Positions 1 to 9,862 of a DNA stretch of 64,000 nt are shown piece by piece; positions within the stretch are counted from its first letter, which is position 1; every line of letters begins with the position of its first letter. The DNA comes from a virus (lineage: Duplodnaviria; Caudoviricetes). A program made the position numbers and the translations under genes. The DNA lies in the IMG/VR virus record IMGVR_UViG_3300037310_000564, positions 16,708 to 80,707 of that record; one strand, written 5' to 3'. The notes under the pieces are model-generated. The model had not been told where the DNA came from, did no database searches, and worked only from the letters and a program-made list of their open reading frames with translations.

Positions 1-388
1 AAGGGCCTGGAGTAGTTGGCGTATTGGCACACGCTCCAGTTATCTGGCCGGCCGTAAAGGAAACTGTTCCTGTTAGGAAGTGAGCGGCCATGCCATTGGC
101 CATTCCCAAAACTTGAGGAGTTGGTGGCCCAAAAGCTAAAGCTAAAAAAGGCATGAAGGCGGCAGGGATTAACACAATCATTCCTCCGCTACCCTCGCCT
201 GCAATAAGGGGTCCGCCTGATGGTGGTGCCGTACCGGTAATTGTGCCGGGCAGAAAGCTTACAATCCCGGTTTGCAAAAAACTCACAATAGCCGTAGCAA
301 ACTGCAGATTGACCACGGCGGTATCTTCGCTGCCTTGCCCCGCTGCCTCTTTTATTTCATCCGCCAGTTTTGATGGATTAAGTGGCAT
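1..388 (-). CDS. Partial virion/baseplate-associated protein, runs off the left edge; not in ORF track
   Basis: ATG at 388 overlaps the TGA of the upstream gene (TGATG). Open frame MPLNPSKLADEIKEAAGQG...GIVSFLPGTITGTAPPSGGPL...GTVSFTAGQITGACANTPTTPGP to base 1; Gly/Pro-rich with an internal repeat. Confidence 0.6.
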   Translation of the reverse strand, partial: MPLNPSKLADEIKEAAGQGSEDTAVVNLQFATAIVSFLQTGIVSFLPGTITGTAPPSGGPLIAGEGSGGMIVLIPAAFMPFLALAFGPPTPQVLGMANGMAAHFLTGTVSFTAGQITGACANTPTTPGP

Positions 389-1635
389 CAAATACCGCCC
401 TTAATAGATTCTAGTTTTGCCTTAAGCTGTGCTAAGGTTGTGGTTGCTTTGACAAAATCAGCAACATTTATGGGCGGTGAGGTGGGATATCCCAAATTTC
501 CAAGCACAGTGAGCGCCTGAATAGCGATCAGTGTATCGTTAAGTACCGCCATTAATTGAACCACACTATCCACTAATTCCGCCGACTTTCCCCCCATCCC
601 AACCTTGCCTTTACCCAGCTTTATGGTGGCGCCGGACGCTTCAATTGTGGCGCTCCCATTTACCGAAATGGTCCAATCTTTTCCAACAGACTCTTCGAGT
701 TTGCCGCTAATTTCATTGGTGTTATTGCCGGAAATCTTATTTTCAACATCTTTACTAACACTAACTACCTGATTTCCTGAAACATTTACTTCAAAATCCT
801 TTTCAACCACATCGGTGCGCGTTCCATCAGAAGTCAAAAGCAACTCATTACGTGCCCGTAAGGTGGCTGACTTGTCGTCTTTATTGAGAGTTAATGATTC
901 ATTGTCTGGATCACCAATAGAGGGGATTGCCTCTTCATCGACTGACGATAGACCATTATTATTAAGAGAAATGGTTTTGGCTGTGCGGTCAATCTCAATC
1001 ATTTGACCTTCATGGTCACGAACCCTAAAAATGCCTTCAGAGAGCATCTCAATGATTGTTGTTTCGGTTTCGTCCTTTGGAGTAAGTGCTGGATTGTCCA
1101 CGCCAAGAGCAGAAGTCAAGGAAGATGCCAATCCCGTTAAGGCGGAAAGTCCTCCGGAGTCAGTCCCTGTGTACTTAACTTCTGGCGCTCCTTTGTGGAT
1201 GATTTGAAGCTGCCCATCCTCATCAATGGTAATTCTAACACCTAAATATTGAAAAACAGCCTGTGGTTTTAGTGATTTAGCTTCGCTGCCAACAATTTCT
1301 TTAGTTTGGTTGGGGTGTGGGTGAAAGCCAATTATCATAGGTCGCAAAAATGAGCCACCAAGGAATGCTATAAGAACGCGGTCCCCAATACGCGCATTTT
1401 CATTTTTTTGAGATGTGTAGTTAATTTTATTGCCAGAATCAGAGGAGGCCCTGGCTCGGTGTTGAAAAAAATCACCAATGCCGCCAAACATTGTGCAGCA
1501 CTCAACATTATCCACAATTAATTGCTGACTATTTCCCAAATGAATTAGGCATTTATATCGTACAAAAGGGACTGGGCTTTCATTTTGCTCCACTACCTCT
1601 TGAATCTCGCCTTCATAAATAAACGGTAATTCCAT
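388..1635 (-). CDS. Baseplate central spike (gp5/gpV/VgrG-like): N-terminal OB-fold plus C-terminal beta-helix
   Basis: GDRVLIAFLGGSFLRPMIIG is typical of gp5/gpV OB-folds; C-terminal short repeats (VSGNQVVSVSKD, ISGNNTNEISGK, VGKDWTISVNGS); follows hub and tape measure. Confidence 0.65.
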   Translation of the reverse strand: MELPFIYEGEIQEVVEQNESPVPFVRYKCLIHLGNSQQLIVDNVECCTMFGGIGDFFQHRARASSDSGNKINYTSQKNENARIGDRVLIAFLGGSFLRPMIIGFHPHPNQTKEIVGSEAKSLKPQAVFQYLGVRITIDEDGQLQIIHKGAPEVKYTGTDSGGLSALTGLASSLTSALGVDNPALTPKDETETTIIEMLSEGIFRVRDHEGQMIEIDRTAKTISLNNNGLSSVDEEAIPSIGDPDNESLTLNKDDKSATLRARNELLLTSDGTRTDVVEKDFEVNVSGNQVVSVSKDVENKISGNNTNEISGKLEESVGKDWTISVNGSATIEASGATIKLGKGKVGMGGKSAELVDSVVQLMAVLNDTLIAIQALTVLGNLGYPTSPPINVADFVKATTTLAQLKAKLESIKGGI

Positions 1636-1646
1636 AAATACTCACT

Positions 1647-3566
1647 TTAAGACAAAAATGACCCAGAATTTCCCAGCAAGTTCTTGGGAAGGGATGGAAT
1701 GTTGCCAAGCAAGTTGCTGATTGGTGAAGATTTGTCTGACTGTTGTGGCAAATTAATCAAATCCCCCAATGATTCCGGTGGTATATAAAATAACACACCC
1801 GATCCCAAATCCAAAAACATTACCCTGGATAGGGCCACGGTCATGACCGTTTCCTCTAATCCATTAGGCAACACCCTAAACGATACCGAAATGTTTTCAA
1901 TATGTCCAACAAAATCATTCTTGCCAAAAGTAAAATGCAAATTAAAACCAATAGTTAAGGCTATTGAAGGATCCTTGATAATTAGTGTGGCGGAGGGCTG
2001 TTTATAATTAAATGCCTGCCATGCCTTAATAACAGCATTGGCTGTTTTAACCCATTCCTCTAATCCAATCCCAGATTTGTCATGGGCTGTTGAAAGAGAT
2101 ACCGGATTGTACTGTGAGGCAGCGTCCAATTGTTGACCGCCAAACCGACGCACATGCTTATCTAAACGAAAACGGGAAAAGGAAGCAACTGATTGTTCCA
2201 GTTCATGCCGTCCAGCCATTGATTGTGGAGCAAAAGTAAAGTAATTCGGGGAGTTAAGCATTGTTCTTTGAAAGGATATCTTCTGGATATACTCAGAAGG
2301 AATAAAGATTCGGGGAATGTGATCGTATCGCGTCCAGTTCTTCTGAAGCAGAGCTCCTTCCTTTGCATCAAGCTCGAATTTAGCCGGATTGTTGACTATA
2401 ACGGATGGCAAAAAGGGTTTATCTCGCACAAATAAAACAGGACGTACAGTTAGTGCTCCATTAGACTCTTCATAAAGCAAATCTGTGAAAGTTTCGTGAA
2501 AAAGTGAATCAACATACTGACTTAACAAACTCCAAATTGAAGTTGTTCCAAGGCTGGCCAACAAACCACTACCAGGAGCTAAAGGTCTAACATCACTCTC
2601 TTTGGCAAATTTTTGCTTAAATTCCTCAATCTCCCCTGTGCCAAAGACGCCATCCCAAGACTCAATTGACCTATGCTCATCAGTTTGCACTCCACTAATG
2701 ACATCCAACAGCCCTCTACCGGAATTTGTTTGAAAGGGATTAAGGGGATTGTCGACTGAATACCCTAGACGCTTTAGTAAGGCGTCTGGGATACTTGGCA
2801 TGGAGACACCCAGCTGTGAAAAATTACCGGCCTTTAGTGCCTTAACCGTATCTACCATGTCTTTTTGATTAATACAGCCAACTAAGGACAATATAACTTG
2901 CGCAAATTCAAAGCAATTAAAGGTTTTTGACACAATATTATTTAAGGTTTTGGCGGGAGACTCACCCGTAATGGCTTTAATCATTCCGGCCGCGCCAGAA
3001 ATATCCTTTTTGACAGCGTCCGCAAAACTGCCCACATCAAACTTAACTGGAGTGGTTAGCATTGATGCCCATGATCGGATTCCAATGCTGTTTTGTTGCG
3101 CAACAAGACCATTTTCTAGTGTTACATAGTCCACATTGATGGTGTGGATTTGTCCAAAGAACTTAATTAGGTGTTTTTCCGAATTATTTGTGGCTGTTAC
3201 AATTGATGAAATCAAAACCCATGTACCCTCAACTACCGCCTTAGGCAATGGACCGACCATGGTCATTGTGCATGGGTGTTCCGGCGTTCCCTTTGACCTT
3301 TCAAAATTAAGTGAGGTAATTCCATTTTGGATATATTGTGTTTTATCATCGCCAGCAAACCCTTGTTCTTGCAGCTGTTTTTTGATTTTGGCGACATTTG
3401 AGTTTTTAGAGCCCACCACCTGAATTGGCAAAATATTATTAATGCTGGGTCGAATTGGGCCAGGAATACCGGGGGGCAACGTGATTTCCTGGTCGTCCAG
3501 CGGATCGGCCTTTTCATATGGATAAAACTCAACTATCCAATTTTGTTTTGTTGATACTGTTGTCAT
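1647..3566 (-). CDS. Baseplate hub-like protein (gp27/GPD-like)
   Basis: 639 aa between tape measure and spike; beta-rich pattern (ITSLNFERSK..., GHIENISVSF) typical of hub proteins; positional inference. Confidence 0.55.
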   Translation of the reverse strand: MTTVSTKQNWIVEFYPYEKADPLDDQEITLPPGIPGPIRPSINNILPIQVVGSKNSNVAKIKKQLQEQGFAGDDKTQYIQNGITSLNFERSKGTPEHPCTMTMVGPLPKAVVEGTWVLISSIVTATNNSEKHLIKFFGQIHTINVDYVTLENGLVAQQNSIGIRSWASMLTTPVKFDVGSFADAVKKDISGAAGMIKAITGESPAKTLNNIVSKTFNCFEFAQVILSLVGCINQKDMVDTVKALKAGNFSQLGVSMPSIPDALLKRLGYSVDNPLNPFQTNSGRGLLDVISGVQTDEHRSIESWDGVFGTGEIEEFKQKFAKESDVRPLAPGSGLLASLGTTSIWSLLSQYVDSLFHETFTDLLYEESNGALTVRPVLFVRDKPFLPSVIVNNPAKFELDAKEGALLQKNWTRYDHIPRIFIPSEYIQKISFQRTMLNSPNYFTFAPQSMAGRHELEQSVASFSRFRLDKHVRRFGGQQLDAASQYNPVSLSTAHDKSGIGLEEWVKTANAVIKAWQAFNYKQPSATLIIKDPSIALTIGFNLHFTFGKNDFVGHIENISVSFRVLPNGLEETVMTVALSRVMFLDLGSGVLFYIPPESLGDLINLPQQSDKSSPISNLLGNIPSLPKNLLGNSGSFLS

Positions 3567-6500
3567 GGTTTAGACCTAATATCTTTCGGAACAAGCTCTT
3601 TTTTATCTGCATCTAACCAAATACGCATGTCAGCCCAGTTCTCGATACGGACAGACTGAATTTTAGACTCCATTATCTCAGTGTTCAGGGACATATTACG
3701 TGCTAAGGTTAATGTATTGATATCCTTCATACTTTCTTCCGCAGCTTGCAGGAATGATGTGTCGCCGTCCTTTTGTGCCTGTGCAATCGCCTTTTGGGTG
3801 ATTCTTGTTCCCTTCAGGCTTTCTTTTCCGGCCGCTTTTGCCGCCTGCTCTGAAATAGAAAAGGCATTTCCGCCAGCATCAAGGAAGTCACTGTATACTT
3901 TAGAAGTTGGAGTTACACGCTCCACGGTTGTTGTGAAGTCTGCCAAAACTTTATTCAAGAATTCTCTACGATTCCTAATGGCAGGATCAACGCCTTTGGC
4001 TTTACCAAGTTTCAAATCCTTGTCCAGCCTTTCGATATCTCCAGACGAAAACAAATCCTTGCCGGCATCATCTTTTAGACCTGAAGCGTATACCATGGCA
4101 GCCGCCGAAGCTGAGTCCGCCCCCATGTCTAATCCAGCACCTATTGCTCCGGAACGATTAACAAATTCCTGCAGAAGAGCTTGTCGTTTTTTTGGATCTT
4201 TTTCGTTTTTTAACCTCTCTGCCCACGCCTTAGATGTAGTCCCTAACCCGCCGCCTTCAATGGCACTCATTAAGGATCCGGTCTCAGACAGGTTCATAGA
4301 CTTAAGACGTTCAATAAGAGTTTTTTTATCCCCGCCGCCTGCCGCCAACAACCTGCGGGTCTCTGGAGACATGTTTTGACCTGTCTCTAATTGTTTAATC
4401 ATGTCCATTCGTTGTATGATGTTTGTGTCAGCCACGGCAGCAAAGCCTGAATTCAAATCAAAGCCTGCCGCTGAAGCCGCTGCGGCCTTGACCATCCCCG
4501 GAAGACCCGAAAGACGTCCGGAATATCCCGACAATCCCTGAATGCCACGCGCTGCCGCCTGAAGGTCGAGGTCATTGCCTTTACCGCCGCCTGCCGCCAA
4601 TGATAAGTTAGATAGCAATCCTGAAGTTAGGCCTGTTGTTGCTTTCGATGCTTCCATTAAGTCCGCAGCAATATTAACAAAACGGGACGCCCTGGACTTG
4701 TCAAAACCAGCAGAAACGGCGTCAGAAAACATTGAGGTTAACATCTTAATATTGTTTTGATTTCCGGTTGTAGCATTAAGCTTAGCCAAGTTTTGGAGTT
4801 GTTGGTCAAAATTGCCATATCCTGACAAAGAAAGCATGGACATTTGGGTAAAGTCTTCTGAGTTGGCTATTTTGTCAAAACCCAATACAGAGGTAATTCT
4901 GTTCTTTCTGCTCATCCCCTCAGCTTCAGAAAGGCCAAACTTAGAATAAGCGGTTGATAATCTTGAGACTTCTGTGGGGACATCATATTCTTTGCTGAGG
5001 ACTCCGGCTACCTGCCCGCGTTCCATTGTAAGTAGTCTTTGTTGCTTATAAATACGATCATAAGCATCCATTTGAGCATCACTAAACACCCGTCTGGAAA
5101 CGGCAGACAAACCATCCAGACCATCCTTCTTAGTCCTAGGGTCGTTAGCCATGGCGCTGTATTTGGCAAAATCTCTATAATTTGAATCTTTGGCTTCAAG
5201 GTCGTTAAGCTTAGATATTTTAACCTCCAAAGCCTCTAATTTCGCCACGTTAGGATCGTTGTTGGCTCGGGCCTTATTTAAGATGTCCTCCCGTGATCCG
5301 CGCTCAGCTTTTGCCTGCTGAATATCTTGGAAGCTTTTAGAGCCATACTTATTTAGAGACATTAATTCACTTTGTGCAGAGGCAGCGTATCGACCCCCAA
5401 CCATTTCAACACCTTGAGTTTGCGCCTGCATCATGGCCTGAAACTCTTTAAGTGCCAGTAAGGTATATGGATTTTTCTTAACCTCAGCTTCCATATATTG
5501 ATCGGCTCTTTGTTGAAGGTCGCTGACAATCCCTCCTTGTGCGGCTTTTTGTGCCATGGCCGCTCGACGTTGCCAATCAGGTCCATACATTAACTCACCA
5601 GCAGCGCCGGTTAGGCCAGATCCAAGCCCACCAGTAAGGGCCGTGTAAGGATTTTTTATATAATCGGATATGCCACTGGACGCACTATTAATAACCGAGG
5701 CAGCTCCTAAGCCAAGCCCGGCAAGCGCACCAGGTACATTTCCAACCACGGCGCCTATCGCTGTGGCGCCCGCAGTCTTAAGAACGCCCTCAGCGACATT
5801 TCCAATAGATCCAAATATATGGCCTAAGCGGTCCTTTTCTTTTAAATCGATATTCTCTTGAACATCTCGATTGGCCAAATCCAAAGCATTTTGGTATCCA
5901 CGTGTGCCAATGTTTGTAAACTCTCGACTTGGCTGTAATAAATTGGCCCGGTATTTCAATATGTTTTCAGGATTGGTCATGTCATTGGCGTCAAGAACTT
6001 GCTGGGCATATCTCTGAATAATGTCAGCCTTAGCTTGATCGGCGGCTATTTGCTTATCTATAGTTGCACTACCCATGGCAGTATAAGTGCTGAAACCAGC
6101 CTGAACCGCAGATCCAGCTACCACAACTCCTGCGGTGGCTAAACCAAGCATACGATTCAATACAGCGGCTTTAGCTGGACTATCATCTTTATTGGTGCCA
6201 CCACCATCCCCGCCGGATTGTTTTATAATTTCTTTTGCCTGAGTTTGAGTTTGGTCTAAGCGTCCAATAGCATTGACCAAATTTCTCATGGCATTTGTTT
6301 TTTCGCTCTCAGAAGCCGTCTCAGACTGGGAAACCTCTTGATAGTTTTTAGTTGCCTCGTCCAACTTTTCTGTGTTTTGGGCAATAGCAAGCTGTAACGT
6401 CTTTAGGTGATTGCCTAAAATGGTGGAAACATTGTCATTTTTTGACGCAAAGGCTTTAATCGCACTTTCAATTTTGCTACCGCCTTCGCCTAAGATGGAG

Positions 6501-7198
6501 GAGGTTGCTCCCCTGACCTTTACCAGGTCAGTGATGCCGTAGCCAATTCCAGAAAAATCATGGGACGATGCCACTGTTCGCGTTGGCTGTGCTGCTTTTC
6601 TTTTCTCAACAGCTATACCCAAATCATCTTTTATTGATGCAGCTAAATACTCGGGATCCATCCCAGAAACATATTCTGAAGCGGACGATGCCACTGTTCG
6701 CGTTGGCTGTGCTGCTTCTCTTTTCTCAACAGCTATGCCCAAATCATCTTTTATTGATGCAGCCAAATACTCGGGATCCATCCCAGAAACATATTCCGAG
6801 GCTTTCGACAAAAACTGCTGTTTTCGTTTTTGGTCATCAAGAGAAATCGTATGCAAGCCCATTCCGGGCGCAACCAAAATGCCGCGACCAGGCTTAAACA
6901 CAAGATTATTATTGGAACCGACCATAACATCTGGGTTGATTGTGGCCGTCGCCTTTTTAAAATTAGCTTCGGCCTGAGAGGCTAAATGTTGGGTATATAC
7001 CTCTTGTGCAGACACTCCTTGTGGTGTCATGTACTCAATGCGCGAATTTTGCTGAGCAACTTTTGATCCAAGACCGTCTGACAAAGAACCGAGCATGCCA
7101 AATAAAGAGGATGCGACGCTTTGCAATCCCTTCATTGCCTCGGACAAAGAATTAACATCACTGACGGTAGTGCGTAGGTTCTTTTGGATCTCGGCCAT
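3563..7198 (-). CDS. Tape measure protein
   Basis: About 1211 aa from ATG 7198 (GGAG RBS); Ala/Gly/Ser-rich and helical with hydrophobic Gly-rich segments; downstream of tubes and chaperones, upstream of hub. Confidence 0.7.
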   Translation of the reverse strand: MAEIQKNLRTTVSDVNSLSEAMKGLQSVASSLFGMLGSLSDGLGSKVAQQNSRIEYMTPQGVSAQEVYTQHLASQAEANFKKATATINPDVMVGSNNNLVFKPGRGILVAPGMGLHTISLDDQKRKQQFLSKASEYVSGMDPEYLAASIKDDLGIAVEKREAAQPTRTVASSASEYVSGMDPEYLAASIKDDLGIAVEKRKAAQPTRTVASSHDFSGIGYGITDLVKVRGATSSILGEGGSKIESAIKAFASKNDNVSTILGNHLKTLQLAIAQNTEKLDEATKNYQEVSQSETASESEKTNAMRNLVNAIGRLDQTQTQAKEIIKQSGGDGGGTNKDDSPAKAAVLNRMLGLATAGVVVAGSAVQAGFSTYTAMGSATIDKQIAADQAKADIIQRYAQQVLDANDMTNPENILKYRANLLQPSREFTNIGTRGYQNALDLANRDVQENIDLKEKDRLGHIFGSIGNVAEGVLKTAGATAIGAVVGNVPGALAGLGLGAASVINSASSGISDYIKNPYTALTGGLGSGLTGAAGELMYGPDWQRRAAMAQKAAQGGIVSDLQQRADQYMEAEVKKNPYTLLALKEFQAMMQAQTQGVEMVGGRYAASAQSELMSLNKYGSKSFQDIQQAKAERGSREDILNKARANNDPNVAKLEALEVKISKLNDLEAKDSNYRDFAKYSAMANDPRTKKDGLDGLSAVSRRVFSDAQMDAYDRIYKQQRLLTMERGQVAGVLSKEYDVPTEVSRLSTAYSKFGLSEAEGMSRKNRITSVLGFDKIANSEDFTQMSMLSLSGYGNFDQQLQNLAKLNATTGNQNNIKMLTSMFSDAVSAGFDKSRASRFVNIAADLMEASKATTGLTSGLLSNLSLAAGGGKGNDLDLQAAARGIQGLSGYSGRLSGLPGMVKAAAASAAGFDLNSGFAAVADTNIIQRMDMIKQLETGQNMSPETRRLLAAGGGDKKTLIERLKSMNLSETGSLMSAIEGGGLGTTSKAWAERLKNEKDPKKRQALLQEFVNRSGAIGAGLDMGADSASAAAMVYASGLKDDAGKDLFSSGDIERLDKDLKLGKAKGVDPAIRNRREFLNKVLADFTTTVERVTPTSKVYSDFLDAGGNAFSISEQAAKAAGKESLKGTRITQKAIAQAQKDGDTSFLQAAEESMKDINTLTLARNMSLNTEIMESKIQSVRIENWADMRIWLDADKKELVPKDIRSKP
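6563..6802. repeat. Tandem 120-bp (40-codon) duplication inside the tape measure gene
   Basis: 6563-6682 and 6683-6802 are identical at 115/120 positions; peptide ASEYVSGMDPEYLAASIKDDLGIAVEKR(E/K)AAQPTRTVASS twice. Confidence 0.97.
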
Positions 7199-7230
7199 TA
7201 AAAACTCCAAATAAAACAATAACCTACGTT

Positions 7231-7239
7231 ATTTTAGCA
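7231..7239 (-). promoter_or_regulatory. TGNTAAAAT late-type/extended -10 motif upstream of tape measure
   Basis: TGCTAAAAT on minus strand, 33 bp before ATG 7198; motif recurs before other late genes. Confidence 0.5.
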
Positions 7240-7247
7240 TTTTTTGC

Positions 7248-7550
7248 TTAGTCAAAGCTTTTGATAAAGTCTGGAGAAACCATCGCTATTGCGCCATCAG
7301 AGTGGTTCTTGAGGATAAAAATCAAGGCCGGTCCTTGGGGGGTTTGTAAAAGCGACGACCCAATTAAAGATGCCTTATTTACCGCCTTGGTAGCTCCAGT
7401 TAACTGGATGCCCGACGGAGTTTTGTCCGCTTCCCAGGTGAGTGTGCTTAGTAGCGGTGATTTGCTAATCCTATCAAGTATTTGGTCGATTTTGGCGGAC
7501 AATTCCGCTACTTCCCTTTTAATTTCATTAAGTTGGTCTAAATTTGACAT
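7248..7550 (-). CDS. Hypothetical protein (N-terminal coiled coil)
   Basis: 100 aa ORF with GGAG RBS, in gene run. Confidence 0.6.
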   Translation of the reverse strand: MSNLDQLNEIKREVAELSAKIDQILDRISKSPLLSTLTWEADKTPSGIQLTGATKAVNKASLIGSSLLQTPQGPALIFILKNHSDGAIAMVSPDFIKSFD

Positions 7551-7559
7551 AAAAACTCC

Positions 7560-8222
7560 TTAATTATGCTCAACACTTAATCTGTCATAGATGTTTGGTA
7601 ATGTTCCACCAACCATTCCCCATTCTATATCAGGAATGAATTTATCAATAGTACTAAGATAATCGGAATTAATCATCTGTGATGTTGTTTGGAAGCACAT
7701 CACGCCATGCTTATGCCTATTGATCATGGATTGGTGCTTACTACACTCACCGATGAAAATAAAAAACATAACATCCTGTTTTTGATTGAGAATGTTAAGC
7801 ACGGCAGTAGTAATTGGCAAAAACAAATCATCCCGAATAAGGCTGGGGGATCCGGGCAAACTGCACGCCAAACTCATTGGCATCATTAAGATATTTTGCC
7901 TGGCCCAGCCCAAAAAGGAGGTGTGTTTTGGATTAATTCGCCGCCCTGTCCTTTTATGGACAGACAAAAGAATATCCTTCCCCTCATCTGAAATGGAAAA
8001 TGAATTGTCTGGACCGCCAAAGAAAAGAAAGTCTCTACCATAACTGCTGAATCTGGCTGATGCTTTTGGCTTATCAAAAACAAAAACCACACGCACTTTG
8101 GAAAATTCGGTTGCGGTAAAGCATGTGAACAAATAATCCTTATGTGGAATGCATCCGCGAGGAATTGATATTCCTCCGGATATTAATTGTTTAAGCGTGG
8201 CATTCCAACTAGAGTTGGGCAT
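7560..8222 (-). CDS. Uracil-DNA glycosylase (family 1 UNG) homolog with degenerate catalytic motifs
   Basis: Collinear UNG motifs: FTATEFSKVRVVFV (cf. FxxTxxxxVKVVIL), GWARQNILMM (cf. WARQGVLLLN), VMFFIFIG (cf. VVFLLWG), IPDIEW (cf. PIDW). GQDPY reads FDKPK and HPSPLS reads TTSQMI. Confidence 0.7.
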   Translation of the reverse strand: MPNSSWNATLKQLISGGISIPRGCIPHKDYLFTCFTATEFSKVRVVFVFDKPKASARFSSYGRDFLFFGGPDNSFSISDEGKDILLSVHKRTGRRINPKHTSFLGWARQNILMMPMSLACSLPGSPSLIRDDLFLPITTAVLNILNQKQDVMFFIFIGECSKHQSMINRHKHGVMCFQTTSQMINSDYLSTIDKFIPDIEWGMVGGTLPNIYDRLSVEHN

Positions 8223-8272
8223 CGTTTTGCCTGTCGTTAAAAGCAATCTGCAAAAGCAACTTCTTGATTTTT

Positions 8273-8509
8273 CTAATCTTTTCTGAAGTCCTGATCTTCG
8301 TTTTCTGTTCTTTGTTGATCCTGTGGCCGCTCAGATTTATAATTTTTAGCTCTTTTTTCATCAATTTCCTCGTTCACAATGGCTGCCATAAACGATGCCA
8401 CAACAATAGCCGTAGACCATAAAATAGGCAAATCGGTTCTTTGATTAACAAAAAGCACTAACAGACCAGTAACCAAGCCCGTCAAAAAATAATAAACCTT
8501 AAGTATCAT
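8273..8509 (-). CDS. Small membrane protein (2 predicted TM helices, acidic tail)
   Basis: Two hydrophobic stretches followed by a charged C-terminus. Confidence 0.55.
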   Translation of the reverse strand: MILKVYYFLTGLVTGLLVLFVNQRTDLPILWSTAIVVASFMAAIVNEEIDEKRAKNYKSERPQDQQRTENEDQDFRKD

Positions 8510-8533
8510 ATAAATGCCCTTTGTGGCAACAGC

Positions 8534-9076
8534 TTAATTTGCCAGGAGATATTTTTCTCCCAGTTCGCAAATAAAGCTCCGATAGTTGAAATTATTAATA
8601 GATATTACTGATCGCAAACAATCAACAAATAACATGCCATCAATAATTAACTTACCTTCTGGTTGCTCATTCTGGGATGGAGAGCCGTAAACAATAGACA
8701 TCCTGTTGAGGTGATTCTCAAAATTACTATAAAGTTCGTCACTTGTATTGTCCCGAACCTTATTAAGGCTTTCGTTTTTTGAAACTTCATCAGCAAACCA
8801 TAATACAAATGGAGGATTATCAGTGAAACCAACAACCAGAGCAGCGTACAATAGGTGCTCATCATTGAAGGATAGGCCTTCGCTGTTACGCACCAAAAAT
8901 TCATGGCTCAAATAGAAAACTGCATCGTCAGTAGTGGCAATTCTAGGTCCGCTTCCTTTCCCAGTCATATCACCAGCATATAACACACCTCTGTCAAAAC
9001 GTTTTTTCCAAGCTGATCGTGTTCCAAAAATGCTTTTTGAGGCTCTGGCTAATAGCTCTTTTTGTCGATATTGCAT
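8534..9076 (-). CDS. Hypothetical protein
   Basis: 180 aa ORF in minus-strand gene run. Confidence 0.6.
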   Translation of the reverse strand: MQYRQKELLARASKSIFGTRSAWKKRFDRGVLYAGDMTGKGSGPRIATTDDAVFYLSHEFLVRNSEGLSFNDEHLLYAALVVGFTDNPPFVLWFADEVSKNESLNKVRDNTSDELYSNFENHLNRMSIVYGSPSQNEQPEGKLIIDGMLFVDCLRSVISINNFNYRSFICELGEKYLLAN

Positions 9077-9118
9077 GCACTATCTCCATCTGGCGAATAA
9101 GTTTAGATTTTTGGCAAT

Positions 9119-9457
9119 TTAAGGTTGTGTTTCTTGAGCTAAAGTAGGATCTTTCACTTTCATAATTTCATTATTAAGAGCAAAAACTGGAGCTTTGTCC
9201 AATAAAGACAGGCCGTTATTTTCCCACCAACCAACATCTGGCGAACTTATGATATGAAATGTTATAAAAGCCAACATGTAATAAAACTCAATGTCTGGGG
9301 GAGAAGTAAGCCCTCTAGTATAAGTCCCGGCCAACCTTAAGGCATCTGAGCGCTCCTGAAGGTTGAGATAGGGCTTAATCTGAAAGGCACCAGTATATTG
9401 ATGGCCCGTCTCTTCGCCCTTAGTGTTCACATCAATCCATTTTGGTTCATTATTCAT
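9119..9457 (-). CDS. Tail assembly chaperone-like protein (G-like)
   Basis: 112 aa, TGHQYTGAFQIKPYL...ERSDALRL pattern recalled from myovirus chaperones; between tubes and tape measure. Confidence 0.45.
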   Translation of the reverse strand: MNNEPKWIDVNTKGEETGHQYTGAFQIKPYLNLQERSDALRLAGTYTRGLTSPPDIEFYYMLAFITFHIISSPDVGWWENNGLSLLDKAPVFALNNEIMKVKDPTLAQETQP

Positions 9458-9836
9458 TGGTCACACCCTTATCTTTTGGCTGTATAAACTCGCCAGTTTG
9501 AAAGAATTCATGAGCATTTTGCATAAACTGATCATTTTCGGGACTTAGGTCAGCAAAAAGATCCTCACCAGACTCCGCGAAGGCCTTTAATGACTCAGAC
9601 ACTTCAGAGGTTTTATCGCCTACAGACTTTAGCAACTCTAGCTCAAATATAAGATCGTCCAGTGTTCGTTGTGAGAAATAGCTGTCAAAAAACGGGATGT
9701 TATATGCCTGACTAAGCCTAAACCTCAACACATTAATGAAATCATCATCATTTTCAACAAGGCCGTCCTTGATCCTTTGAGCTTTCTTTTGCATTAGTTC
9801 AATTCGTTGCTGGATGAAAGTTTCAAGATGGATCAT
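9450..9836 (-). CDS. Tail assembly chaperone-like protein (T-like)
   Basis: RLSQAYNIPFFDSYFSQRTLDDLIFE resembles the recalled W..KYNLP..DP.F...T.E.L..E pattern of pre-TMP proteins. Confidence 0.4.
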   Translation of the reverse strand: MIHLETFIQQRIELMQKKAQRIKDGLVENDDDFINVLRFRLSQAYNIPFFDSYFSQRTLDDLIFELELLKSVGDKTSEVSESLKAFAESGEDLFADLSPENDQFMQNAHEFFQTGEFIQPKDKGVTNE

Positions 9837-9862
9837 ATGAGCCTCAACTGATAGTCTCGGTG

